DNA from: Scyliorhinus canicula
Taxonomy: Eukaryota
Reading direction: 5' to 3'
Assembly (NCBI RefSeq): GCF_902713615.1
Contig: NC_052160.1
Coordinates: 137,682,737-137,746,736, forward strand
Length of the DNA stretch: 64,000 nt
Shown here: positions 12,845-24,292 of the stretch, in pieces
Numbering within the stretch: the first letter of the stretch is position 1
How the letters are laid out: every line of letters starts with the position of its first letter
Made by a program: the position numbers and the translations under genes
Notes under the pieces: model-generated
Database searches by the model: none
What the model was told of the DNA's origin: nothing
The model's input: the letters and a program-made list of their open reading frames with translations, nothing else

Positions 12845-13545
12845 GTAAGAATATTTCAGAAGATTGATTCTAGCGTTGATAATGTGGTTGGGCTGCAGTA
12901 ACATTGCTGCTGTGTGAGCTCAGACTACGAAAGGATTATCACAGCTCCTTATGTGCAAGTAAAGACCCCCCATCCTCCCATTTCTACCCATTTCCATCTC
13001 TAAACATACTTCCCCCTCACACATCGACAAACCTAACATCAAATTCCACCAATGCCTCTTTTTAAAAAATTATTTTAAAGTATGTGAGCGTTGCTGGCTA
13101 GGCCAGTATTTATTGCCCCTCCCTACGTATCCCTGAGAAGGTTGTGGTGAGCTGCCTTCTTGAAACTCTGCAGTCCACGTGGTGCAGGTACTATCAGATT
13201 GTTGTTAAGGCAGGGAGTTCAGGATTTTGATCCAGCGACATCGAAGGAACGGCGATGTAATTCCAGGTCAGGCTGCTGAGTGACTTGAAGAGGAGCACGC
13301 AAGTGGTGGTGTTGCCATACACCTGCTTCCCTTGTCCTTCTCGGTGAAAGGGGGAGCAAGTTTGGAAGGAGTGAGTCGCTGTGTGTAACCACAGTAGAAA
13401 TCTCTAATAGTTGCCAAATCAATAGTTGCCTTCTGCAACACAATGGCGTCAATTGGTTAAAACTAGTTGGAGGTTGTTTTATTGGAATTACGTTTAGCAT
13501 AATTTGCATTCAACAGCATTCATTTGCACTTATTTACAAAATAAG

Positions 13546-13930
13546 TCTACAAGTTTACAAAAGGTCTATAAAATTATGAGGGGCATAGACAGAGTGGACG
13601 GTCAGAGACTTTTTCCCAGGGTAGAGGGGTCAATTACTAGGGTATATAGGTTTAAGGTGCGAGTGGCAAGGTTTAGAGGAAATGTACGAGGCAAGTTTTT
13701 TACACAGAGGGTAGTGGGTGCCTGGAACTCGCTGCCGGAGGAGGTGGTGGAAGCAGGGACGATAGTGATGTTTAAGGGGCATCTTGACAATACAAGAATA
13801 GGATGGGAATAGAGGGATACGGAGCCCGGAAATGTAGAAGATTTTAGTTTAGATGGGCAGCATGGTCGGCACAGGCTTGGAGGGCTGAAGGGCTTATTCC
13901 TGTGCTGTACTTTTCTTTGTTCTTTGTTAT
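13546..13930 (+). mobile_element. CR1 LINE 3' end
   Basis: YKIMRGIDRVD..KFFTQRVVGAWNSLPEEVVEAG followed by the CR1 3' UTR and a TTCTTTG tail. Confidence 0.85.
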
Positions 13931-14094
13931 TTGATATCAATTGTGCTCAAAAGCATTCAGATATCATTTGCCATTGTAAATAGTGATCAACAGGCATCAT
14001 TATCATCAATTGCCAATAAACTGCATTGCTCAAACATTGCTGATTACTTAGTTGAAGCATTAGTTGAAAAATTATTTAGTTGAAGCATTATGCG

Positions 14095-14480
14095 AGCATA
14101 TGAAATAGGCAGGAAAGTTGGCCATTCGGCCCCTCGAACCTACTCTGCCATTCAATAAGACCATTGCTGCTCTGTTTGTATTTTGAATTCCACATTCCCA
14201 TCTACTCCCAATAACCACTGATACCCTTCCCTAACAAGAAACAATCTACCTCCACCTTAAAAATATTAAGTGTACCCCGTATTCCCCTGGCTGCTGAGGC
14301 AAAGAGTTCCAAAGTTGCACAACCCTCTGCGAGAAGCAGAATTCTCCTCATCGCTGTCCGAAAACGATGTCCCCCTTATTCTAAAACAGTTGCCCCCTAA
14401 CTCTGGACTCACCCACAAGAGGAAACATCCTTTCCACGCCCACTTTGTCATGACCACTCAGGATCATTGTATACTTCAAT
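14095..14480 (-). mobile_element. CR1 LINE 3' end, reversed
   Basis: Reverse complement of a CR1 C-terminus and 3' UTR (GGCCATTCGGCCC...CACAACCCTCTG). Confidence 0.7.
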
Positions 14481-15400
14481 CTAAACGTCAGTGGAAACAA
14501 ACACACACCGTCTCTCCAACAATCTGAAACCAAAACTGATCAGAGAGTTTATTCTCCCAGTTTCTGAATTACCATTGCTTCAATCACCTGAAAGAGGAGC
14601 TAGCTTGAGAAAAAGTAGATGCTGTTTCAACATATGTTTTTATAAGATAGTTTTATGTTTTTCTGCCAAATGTATGACTAATACAGCAGTGCCCCCATTA
14701 CCCCAGATTGTAGCAGCTTTCTTTCCCCACATGTAATTTTACCCTACCTCTTCTCAAAAATCCCACCTCACAGATTGCAACAGTTTTCATCACTCCTCCC
14801 TCTCTTACCCAACTCCTCCTCCCCCTTGCCCTGTCCCCTCCTTCTCCCTCTCTACCCCCCTCTCCTCTCTCCACCTCCACTGAGCCTTTCCCCCTCGTTC
14901 CCTCCTTCCCCTCCACCCATCCCACCCCCACTTGTCTCTCTGCCTCTCCGCCCCTCCACGCTCTGCTGAAGATATCCAGGCAACGTGGAGCAACAATGGC
15001 TGCACAAATGTGGTGTGTGCTCGGGTTGGGGAGGTCAGGGGTGAAGAGAGTCAACAGTGGCATCCCGGGCTCGAGGTTTGGCAGCATCTGGAGAGGCAGC
15101 AAAAGCTGGCCCGAAACCGGTTGTGGTGGGTGCAGGCCAGAGACTGGAGATGGTGGAGGAGGGAGTGGAGTGGAAGGGAAGAACCAGGGGCACCAAGACG
15201 CATACGTATCATCCTGCACCCTGCATGCTTTCTTCCGAAGATGACATAAATAAATTAAGAACCAATGGGAATCTGGTGATGCTCTCAAGCATACATTATG
15301 GGATGGGTTTTTTTCGACTAAATGAAAAAATACATAAATTCAGATATTATTTCAGTAATTAATTTCCTTGTGTTTTTTGATTTCGATTCTGAGCATATTT

Positions 15401-15565
15401 GATGCCTTTGAGCGTGGTTGATGCCTTTGAGCGTGGTTGATGCCTTTGAGCATGGTTGATGCCTTTGAGTGTGGTTGATGCCTTTGAGCGTGGTTGATGC
15501 CTTTGAGCGTGGTTGATGCCTTTGAGCGTGATTGATGCCTTTGAGCATTGTTGATGCCTTTGCGC
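15401..15565. repeat. 19-bp minisatellite GATGCCTTTGAGCGTGGTT, ~9 units, in gene A intron 2
   Basis: Units start at 15401, 15420, 15439, 15458, 15477, 15496, 15515, 15534 and 15553. Confidence 0.93.
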
Positions 15566-16570
15566 ACCTTTTGCCTTCTAGCTCCTTTGATTACATTTCA
15601 TTACAAAACATTGTTGTCCGCATAAAAAACACATTCCAAATTAAAACGCTTGTTGTCAAATGAGCGCTGGTCATTTTTGAGCGCAAAGAATAATGTCAAC
15701 ACTTTCTGGTAGGGTTTCAACCCAGTGGCTAAAATCTGAAATCATTCAAATCCATCCACTTACAAAAGGTTAAAATCAGACCCAATGGTTCTAGCAATGC
15801 AAACTAAAACTCAAACTGCTTAATGTGCAACCAGAACTATACTCCGTCCCTTCCCTGTGTAACAGGCCTGGTGTTGGATGTAATTCAAACACTAAGGAAC
15901 ATCGGCCCAGAGGTGGATACAGTTGGTTCTGGGCAATAGCATAAAATGGCTATTCACAAATTGCCAGCTCAATTCTTAAACTTCTTTTTTTCCCCCATTC
16001 GACTTTAACTGCAATACTCCAATCATGAACGTAGAGGAGCCCTACATAGTCCACTTTGAACTCAGTGTGCAACATCTTAGCTCATTCAAACCCATCCAAC
16101 TACATAGGGTTAAACTCAGGCCCAATGATTCTGGCGATGAAAACTGAAACTCCTTTTGACCTACAAGTAACAAACTCACATTGTTTGTATATTTTTAGTG
16201 TTTATCCAAAGCGATGCTCAGTTTGTGTCCAACAGGCTTGGAGTTGGGGTCCCTTCATCGACTTTGAAAATTCACCCGAACGTTCTGAGCAATTTCACTG
16301 CAGCTACAGAAATAGAAATGGTTCACTAAATGTAGACCCACACACCTATGAAATATTAAATTAAAGGTTTAGAACGAGCAGGAATTGAACGCAGGAGCTT
16401 TCAATGATTACAGTGCATTTTACACTATAATCCAGTCCGTACATTAAAAACAGAAAATAATTTTGACATTTTCAACATTTGGCTGGTTCATTATATTTTG
16501 AGCAATGAAAAGATGCTCAGTTTTTCAGCATTTGGAACTTTTATTGATTGTGTTTCTCATTTATCAACAG

Positions 16571-16897
16571 GTACATGGGAGCCAATTGTATCAGAGATCA
16601 GTGGTGTTGTGGGAAATGTCACCACTGTACCATGTCTGTACACGGAGGAGGAGAAATACTATAAGAAATTCCTGTGTAAAGTAACCTCTATAAATAAATG
16701 CACCATTATTGCCAGCTCTGATGGGGCTGTAAACAATCTGCAAAATGGGAGTGTTTCAATCACTATTAATAATTCTCATAATTTTACTGTTACCCTGGGC
16801 AACATTAATAAAGCTGATGAAGGAGAGTACTGGTGTGGAGCAGTGACAGTAAAGAACATAAAGATCATCCAGGTAAAACATCTGACAACTGCTGAAG
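16571..16897 (+). CDS. Gene A exon 3, V-type Ig domain D2
   Basis: Acceptor ATCAACAG| and donor GAAG|GTAAGG, 327 nt, phase 1-1. Translation includes VPCLY...KFLCKVTSINKC (CX7C)...DEGEYWCG. Confidence 0.93.
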
Positions 16898-17736
16898 GTA
16901 AGGGTCAGTATAAAATTATTATCATTCAATCAGTGTTGAATATAACTTACAAAACAATAACAATTGGTCAATGCTGAGTTCTTTATTTACACATTGCGGC
17001 CACCCTACTTCATCTCAACCTTTCAGCACATCCTTCTCTTACTTTCCCCCTCGCTAAGTTTAGCTCAATTTCCCCCGAAGAGCATCTATGAAATTTGTCA
17101 CAATTACACCTTGTGGTACAGGTAGAACGTCTCAGATCCGCTGACCAAAAAAACAACAGTGTCCGTCCACAAACCAGACATTTTTAGGATGCTCAAGGCA
17201 CCAATTTTAACTGAGTGAAATTTTTGAAAAAACACACTGGACAACTTGGCTAGGTGCCACGTTGGCACGATGTGGCTCCAGACTAGATACTGGCTTCACC
17301 ATCCACTCTATCCGCCTCTCCATATGATCCTTACACCAGCTGACCCGGCCTCACATGAACCACCCGTGGCCTGGACTGCCCACCCTGCACCCCAGCAAGA
17401 TCTGAAAGCCATCACTGGATTGGAGGTACTGTCCCTAGTTCCACATTTAACAAGTTCCAGCTTCTATCAGCTCTCTGGGTATAGTGTCCAAAACTTTCAC
17501 GAATACTACAAGAAAATATAAATGTTAAAAATAAATAGAGAGTTTGTGCGAATACCTCACAGATTATTGTCCTCCCAACACTATAAGCTCTTTGTGAAGG
17601 CCCCTCAGAATCTATTTTTTCCTGAGCTCAAAACACCCAGGTTCACTTTCCATAAGTACAGTACGTTGAAGGTAATAATGGTGGTGGTTGGCAATTATTC
17701 ATCAAATTATTCATTTATCTTTACTTCCAACAATAG

Positions 17737-17767
17737 GAAGATCAAGTATTTCCAACGATACCTCAAG
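17737..17767 (+). CDS. Gene A exon 4, 31-nt stalk micro-exon (GRSSISNDTS)
   Basis: AATAG| acceptor and AAG|GTAAGA donor, phase 1 to 2. This is the phase needed to join D2 to the TM exon. Paralog at 35435-35465. Confidence 0.75.
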
Positions 17768-18690
17768 GTAAGATTTTAATTTGCAACTTCTAAATATCAA
17801 TTTTGTGCCACCCTCATTGAAGCCACGGTTGTTAGATAATCCTGCTTTCCTCACAGGTCATGATGAGCAATGCAATGTTATTAAATTACTATAATCCACG
17901 CAACCACCATATTGATGCCATATATTTCCTCATAATTCTGCCATTGATTGTCTTCCCATTTAATACAAACATATCGAAGCCAGGGGGCGACGTTTTTCAG
18001 ACCTTGGCAGTAATCATTCGGTGCGATAATATGAGAGAGTGACATTAACACTTTCTGCTGATACGTTCCCTTACGGAACATCCGACACCCCAGCCCAGCG
18101 TTTATTCATTCACGGGATGTTGATGCTGCTGACAAACCCTCATTCATTGCCCATCCCTAATTGACCTTGATAAAATGTTGGTAAGCCACCACCTTTAACC
18201 CCTGCTGTCCATGTGATGTCAATACACCCACCTGTGTAGTTCGGTAGAGAGGGTTTTGACGCAGAAAAGGTGAAGGAATCATGATCCACTTACAGGTCAA
18301 GTTAGTGTGGTAGTTGAAAAGGTGAAGTTGAGGTGGTGCTGCTTTACCTGTTGTCCTTGTCTTTCCAACTGGTGATGGTCACAGGTTTGAAAGGTGTTAC
18401 TGAAGAAGCCTTAGAACACTGCTCTAATGCATCCTCAACAGAGAGATGCAGTCTCACCAGAACACAGCTCGTCCCTGCGCAATTCCTGTTAGAGATATTT
18501 TCCCCTGTGTACAAAGCCCAAAACTCCGAGGCATGACTACACTTTGAAAATCACCCCATAGCCTGTAAAAACTGTCAATGTGTTCAATATAATTTTCCAG
18601 AATTGTTGGGATGTTACTGATGGTCATTTTGCATAAACTGTGCGTTAATTTATTTTGTACTGTATTAATTATAATTCCTTGTTTAATCAG

Positions 18691-18797
18691 AGAGGTTCTG
18701 CTGAAGATATGGACTATATTCCGTTGGCTGCTCTTTGCGGCTCTGGCTGTTTGCTCCGCTTCAGTCACATTCTATGAACATTTTGCAAAAGGGCCAG
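18691..18797 (+). CDS. Gene A exon 5, transmembrane (REVLLKIWTIFRWLLFAALAVCSASVTFYEHFAKGP)
   Basis: TTGTTTAATCAG| acceptor and CAG|GTATAA donor, 107 nt, phase 2 to 1. Hydrophobic segment containing Arg. Confidence 0.8.
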
Positions 18798-19410
18798 GTA
18801 TAAAATATGAAATCTTTTTGCTCTAATATTTACAGATATTTAACTTCAGCCTAAAAACTCAGGCACTTGGAAAGTAGCCAAGAAAAACAACACATAATCC
18901 ACAAGAAATGAAGTTCTCTTCGTGAAAATGTAACAAGGGAGCCATTCGAGTGTGATAACAATGACCTTTGGGCTGAATTTTATGCTCGTCGACAGAAAGG
19001 ATAAAAATGTCAGTTCGTCAGGAGATTTTCATTTTTACGCGGGAGTGCAAAATGGGAAAAGTTGTGTAGACACTCAATGCAAAGCACTGTTTAATTAAAT
19101 TTTTATTTAAAATGCATACCTGTGTCCAATAGTGGCCTTGAACATGGGTAAGGGAGCATCAACAGTGCCCCTGGACCAGGCACAGTATGGTGCATTGTAT
19201 AACCTGGAACCCATGATGTGCCCCAGAGCTGTGGGCACCAGATGCAAAATAGGTTATTGCAAACAAACCTCAGCACTTACATCAGGATGTCTCCATCCAC
19301 ACTCTCACCTATTTTTTCGCCATGTATCGCTTGAAGTATTTCACTTACAGAAAGAAGGTCAATTCCTCTGTTTTCTTTATTACGATTGATTAAATTTATT
19401 TGTTATTCAG

Positions 19411-19430
19411 TTCTGCAGGCCAGCAAATGA
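19411..19430 (+). CDS. Gene A terminal coding exon (VLQASK*); an alternative acceptor at 19419 would give a 27-aa tail ending at 19501
   Basis: First AG after a T-rich tract. The same VLQASK* reading occurs in gene B. AATAAA lies ~220 nt downstream. Confidence 0.55.
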
Positions 19431-19648
19431 GGGGTTCTGTGGAAACATCAGCCAGAGAACATCAATGGGGTCAGAGAGAGCTGCATTCGAAGACCGGCTA
19501 GAAGGTTGACTAATACCTACACGAATGTCCAGAATATTTTCACCTTGCTTTTATAAGTTACTTTACCGTTTTGCAGTATTTTTATTCTTTATGACAATCT
19601 GAAAATCTTTGTAAAGTCTTGAGAAACTATGTGAACTGCTTTCATTAT

Positions 19649-19654
19649 AATAAA
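19649..19654 (+). terminator. Polyadenylation signal AATAAA, gene A
   Basis: Conserved at the homologous position in gene B (37599-37604). Confidence 0.6.
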
Positions 19655-20508
19655 AACAACTGGATGATAACATTTCTTGATGTTTTTGATATTAAGGGGC
19701 AGTGGATGCCGGAACACGATCCAAATTTGAGGAGGAGATAGATAGGTTTTTAATTAGTGGTGGAATGAAGGATTATGGCAATGGGCAGGATGGTGGAGAT
19801 GGGGCCTGGACGAGATCAGCCCAGGTTTTTAGGGGAGGTGATGGTATAGTGGTATTGTCACAAGACTAGTAATCCAGAGACCTAGAGGTCTGGGATCCTG
19901 GGTTCCCACCACGGCAAATGGTGAAATTTGAATTCATCTGGAATGAAAAGTATAATGATGACCATGAAGCCATTGCCGATTGTCATAAAAACCCATCTGG
20001 TTCACTAAGGTCCTTCGGGGAAGGGAATCTGCCGTCCTTACCTGGTCTGGCCTACATGTGACTCCGGACCCACACAACAATGCTTCGCCCCTCAGTTCAA
20101 GGGCAATTAGGGATGGGTAACAAATGATGGCCCAGCCCAGCGACGCCCACATCCAAAGAGCGAATAAGAAAAAGTATTGAATGGTGGAGGGGTTGAATTG
20201 CCGACCCTTGCTCTTGGTTCCTATAGTCTTATGTTTGTGTCCTAATAAGTCAAATATGATTTCAGAAACTTTTATATGAACCCAGAATACATATTTAATG
20301 ATATCAATGCCTTCGTTGGGAATGACACACCTTGCTTGCAGAGGGGAAAAAATAGAATTTGGACTTTTTTTTAACATTGCTTTCCTTGTAAAGCAAGAGA
20401 AATGGGAGCTTACATTTGGTGCACTTATTCTATCATCCTCACATTAATTTTATATTGCAATTATCAGTAAACAGCCTTCCTTCTTTAAGCTTGGGGGAGT
20501 GATTCGGG

Positions 20509-20850
20509 ATGGCACGGTCACACAGTGGTTAGCACTGCTGCCTCACACCTCCAGGGGCCCGGCTTCAATTCCGGCCTCGAGTGGCGGTCTGTGTGGAGTC
20601 TGCATGTCCTCCCCGTGTCTGCGTGGGTTTCCTCCGGGTGCTCCGGTTTCCTCCCACAGTCCAAAGATGTGCAGGTTAGGTGGATTGGCCGTGCTAAATT
20701 GCCCCTTAGAGTCCAAACGGTTAGGTGAGGTTACTGGGTTATGGGGATCGGGTGGAGGCGTGGCCTTAAGTAGGGTGCTGTTTCCAAGAACCGGTGCAGA
20801 CTCAATGGGCCGAGTGGCCTCCTTCTGTACTGTAGGGATTCTGTGATTCA
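20509..20850 (+). mobile_element. V-SINE
   Basis: tRNA-like head, central domain and tail. It is an inverted homolog of 29047-29398 and 56942-57294. Confidence 0.8.
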
Positions 20851-21640
20851 ACGACCTTGTTGAATCCTGTGAGAGGCCTCTCGTGAGATTTGCGACGCTT
20901 GTAATGCCTCACGAGAACCAACGGAATCTCACAAGACGTCGCGATCTGGATCTCGCTCTCGCTGCGCGTGACCCAGATCGGTATATTTAAATGAACCATT
21001 CGGTGTTCGCTGGATTCTCCCAGCACTCGGGATGTAACGGGCGCTCCTTGGAGATCTTCGTCAGGATGCCATTTGGAGCTGGTTTCCACAAACGTGGATC
21101 AGGGATCACAGACTCAGGGTGGGGTGGGGGGCGGGGGGGGGGTTGCTCCCAGCCATTAGAGACCCCTGGGTGGTCGGGCACAGGGCAAGGTGATACCGTG
21201 GGACTCCCGATGGCAGCCTGGCACCTTAGCCCTGCCACCCTGGCACCTTGGCAATGCCATCTTGCTGCTGCCTGGGTGCCAGGCTGGCAGTACCATCGTG
21301 TCCAGGTAGCAGATTGACACTGATGGCGATCAGGCCCAGTGGAGCCTTTACAGGTGGAGGAGGGGTGACAGGGTGTTCCCAATGACCTCCTCAAAGTTGG
21401 GGTCAGAGGGGTCAAAAACAGGGCGGGAGGACTGAAAGTGTGCAGGGGGGGGGGGGGGGAGAGAAGGATTGGGTCAGTATTTCAAAATGCGAGGTGCATT
21501 TCCTGGCGGTGAGTAGAAGCAGGAAATCGCTCAAAGTGCGGCCTCAGGGGGGAGTCACTCCCCTCGGCCAAAAGAACAGCAAAGTGCCGTTCAATATTGG
21601 GGTGTTTTTCAGCTCTGCAGCCACCCAGAAACACCCTGCT
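20850..21640. mobile_element. MITE-like non-autonomous DNA element
   Basis: Inverted homolog of 28200-29040. Same family core as 10540-11362. Confidence 0.6.
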
Positions 21641-22074
21641 AAACGCGTGCCAACCAGACATAAACATTGTCTGCTTGAATTGCCCTGAGGTTTCTCATCA
21701 ACCCTCTTGGGATTAAGCTCAAATCTAGTTGGATTTGTAGCTTCGGATGAGCTGTGGGGTTAGTGAAGTGCCCAATTTAACTCTGCAATCCTCGGAAGAA
21801 TTGGACTTCACAGGCTGTTGGGGGACAGGGCTTACACTCTGCAAATTTATATCACTGCATGTGTGTCCTGATTGTACATGCTTCACCTGAACCAATTGAC
21901 TGTTGTTTCTACAACCCTTTGGTTAGATAGTTCTGTTTTTGGTACATTTAGAATCCTTGGCTTAAATATTCCACCCATTCCTGACGATGGGATATTCCGG
22001 TCCTGCCAATGGTGACCACCCGTGGTGCAATCCCGAGTGGCAGGAGATGCCAGGAAGGCAAGACACCACATTGA

Positions 22075-22740
22075 AATTGGCCAACACAATGTTGTAGGCG
22101 TCACAGAGATGTAGCTGCAAGGAGATCAAGGCTGGGATCTACATATACAAGGTTAAGGTTGCATTGTGAGTATGGAATGAAGTTAAATCGATGCCAGGGA
22201 GCGATATAGCCTCAGAAGGCGTAGAATCTCTGTGGGTAGAGTTGAGGAATCACAAAGGTAAAAAAGACCCTGATGGGAGTTATGTACAGGCCCCCAAGCA
22301 GTAGTCAGGGTGTGGGGCAGAATACAAATCAGGAGACAGAAAAGACATGTAAAAAAGGCAATATCACAATAATCTTGGGGGACTTCAATATACAGGTGGA
22401 CTGGGAAAATCAGGTTGGTAGTGGATCCCAAGAAAAGGAATTTGTGGAATGTCTAAGAGATGGTTATTTGAAGCAGCTTGTGACAAAGCCAACTAGGGAA
22501 CAGACAATTCTGGATTTGGTGATGTGTAATGAGGCAAATTTGATGAGGGAACTTATGATGAAGGAACCCTTAAAGAGCAGTGACCACAATATGATAGAAT
22601 TTACCCTGCAGTTTGAGAGGGAGTAGCTGGAATCAGAGGTAACGGTATTACAATTAAATAAGGGTATCTACAAAGACATGAGGGAGGAGCTGGCCAGAGT
22701 TGATTGGAGAAGGAGCCTATCAGGGAAGACAGTCTTCACT
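22075..22740 (+). mobile_element. CR1 ORF2 endonuclease fragment
   Basis: MGVMYRPPSS..IILGDFNIQVDWE..LDLVMCNE..SDHNMIEF (AP-endonuclease motifs GDFN and SDH). Confidence 0.85.
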
Positions 22741-22922
22741 GTGGAAGACACCAGTGGGATTCCAGAGCTCAAATTGAATTGTTATTCATGACCCAAGTAG
22801 GAGGCATTTGGATTAATTTCCTGCATAAAGCACCAAGAGGATAATTTATTATATTGATACACATTACAGCAAGAAGCAAAACAACCAGAAATTGAAATTG
22901 AAAAGATATTTTCACATAGAAA

Positions 22923-23092
22923 CAGCAGGATGCTCCATCCCGCTGAACCGCATTTCTGCCCCATCACGCCGGCGGGATGTTCCATTACGCTGGCCAGTCA
23001 ATCGGGTTTCCCATTGTGGGGCAGCCCACGCTGTCAGGAAACCCCCAGGCTACCAGCAAAACGGAGCATCTCACCGGCGGAGCATCCCGCCC
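22923..23092. mobile_element. MITE inserted upstream of the gene B promoter
   Basis: Ends CAGCAGGATGCTCC / GGAGCATCCCGCCC form imperfect inverted repeats. The element is absent from the aligned upstream region of gene C (~48785). Confidence 0.7.
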
Positions 23093-23149
23093 AATATCTT
23101 TACTTAATGTCGGAATTTGGCAATGGTCAGCCAACAAGAGATCATTTCC

Positions 23150-23326
23150 TCAAATTGCAACAAGTGGCATCGACACAAATAATGTTGTGAAGCAGTATGA
23201 TTGGTCAGCTTCTCTTATCCTGTATGTGTTGGGCAGATATTGCTGGATCAAGGAGGAAGTAAATGATTCATCGCAGATCTTCTGACCGATACAGAGGCAC
23301 TGAAAACTGTGGAAACCATTGGGAGC
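23150..23326 (+). promoter_or_regulatory. Putative promoter of gene B (ATTGG 23200, CTTATC 23214, GAGGAAGT 23253)
   Basis: Same motifs and spacing as in genes A and C. Confidence 0.6.
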
Positions 23327-23366
23327 ATGATTATTACTGCGTTGCTGTTCCTCACTTTGATATCAA
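23327..23366 (+). CDS. Gene B exon 1, signal peptide MIITALLFLTLIS
   Basis: AGCATGA start, 40 nt, donor AA|GTAAGA. Confidence 0.83.
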
Positions 23367-23439
23367 GTAAGATTTTCCAATTCTATATTTGGAGTAACAG
23401 CTCATGTTTATGTCTGAGAAAAATGGCACGACGTTTCTA

Positions 23440-24290
23440 TTTTTAAAATTCAGTTCGGGGATGTGGGTGCCGCTGGTTATGCCAGCATTTATGGCCCATC
23501 CCTAGCTGCCCTTCAGAAAGTGGTGGTGAGCTGCCTTCTTGAACCGCTGCAGTCTGGGTGTAGGTACACCCACTGTGCTGTTCGGGAGGGAGTTCCAACG
23601 ACAGTGAAGGAACAGCGATCTATTTCCTAGTCAGGATGGTGAGTAACTTGGAGGGGAACCTCCAGGTCGGGGGGGGGGGGGGGGGTGGTTCCCAGGTATC
23701 TGCTGCTCTTGTCCTTCTGGATGGTAGTGGTCGTGGATTTGGAAGGTGCGATCTAAGGAACCTTGGTGAGTTACTGAGGTGCATCTTGTAGATGGTACAC
23801 ACGGCTGCCACTGTTCGCGGTGGTCGAGGGTTTGAATGTTTGTGGAAGGGGGAGCAATCAAGCGGGGCTGCTTTGTCCTGGATGATGTTGAGCTTATTGA
23901 GTGTTGTTGGAGCTGCGCTCACCCAGACAAGTGGTGAATAAGCCATGGGGACGTCACGGGGTCCAGAGTCGATGTTGAGGACTCCCAGGGCAACTCCCTC
24001 CCGACTGCATACCACTGTACCACCACCTCTGCTGGGTCTGTCCTGCCGAATAGACAGGACATTCCCAGAAATGGTAATTGTGCAGTCTGTGACATGGGCT
24101 GTAAGATATGATTCTGTGAGTATGACTATATTAGGCTGTTGTTTAGCTAGGCTGTGAAAGAGCTCTCCCAACATTGGCACAAGCCCCCAGATGTTAGTAA
24201 GGAGGAACTTGCAGGGTCGGCAGAGCTGGGTTTGCTGTTGTTGTTTCCGGAGCCTGGTTCGGTGTTGGGCAGCTGTCGGGCAGTCCGCCC
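23440..24290 (-). mobile_element. Internally deleted CR1/L2-group LINE (endonuclease joined to 3' end)
   Basis: Minus ORF QPNIVILTESYL..RQDRPSRGGG is fused to AAPTTLNKLNIIQDKAA..YKMH. The 3' part is shared with gene C intron 1 (49140-49790). Confidence 0.7.
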
Positions 24291-24292
24291 AT

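Larger units (their letters stand above)
8221..19430 (+). other. Gene A model: CD300/pIgR-like two-Ig-domain receptor, join(8221-8260,12515-12844,16571-16897,17737-17767,18691-18797,19411-19430), 855 nt, 284 aa
   Basis: All junctions are GT-AG. Phases 1-1-1-2-1 chain into one open frame. Every exon has a homolog in gene B. Confidence 0.82.

Noticed and set aside
15401-15565. Regular 19-bp repeats as a possible CRISPR array
   Set aside because: The units are directly adjacent with no unique spacers, there are no cas genes, and the context is eukaryotic. The same applies to the other arrays.
16872-16878. Alternative donor CAG|GTAAAA inside D2
   Set aside because: It is phase 0, would truncate the G strand and would not join the stalk exon in frame.
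17860-18042. 60-aa ORF with hydrophobic stretch AIYFLIILPLIVFPF as the TM exon
   Set aside because: It is out of phase with the stalk exon, since the acceptor at 17857 gives a stop in phase 2. The exon at 18691-18797 fits the phase and gives a better TM.
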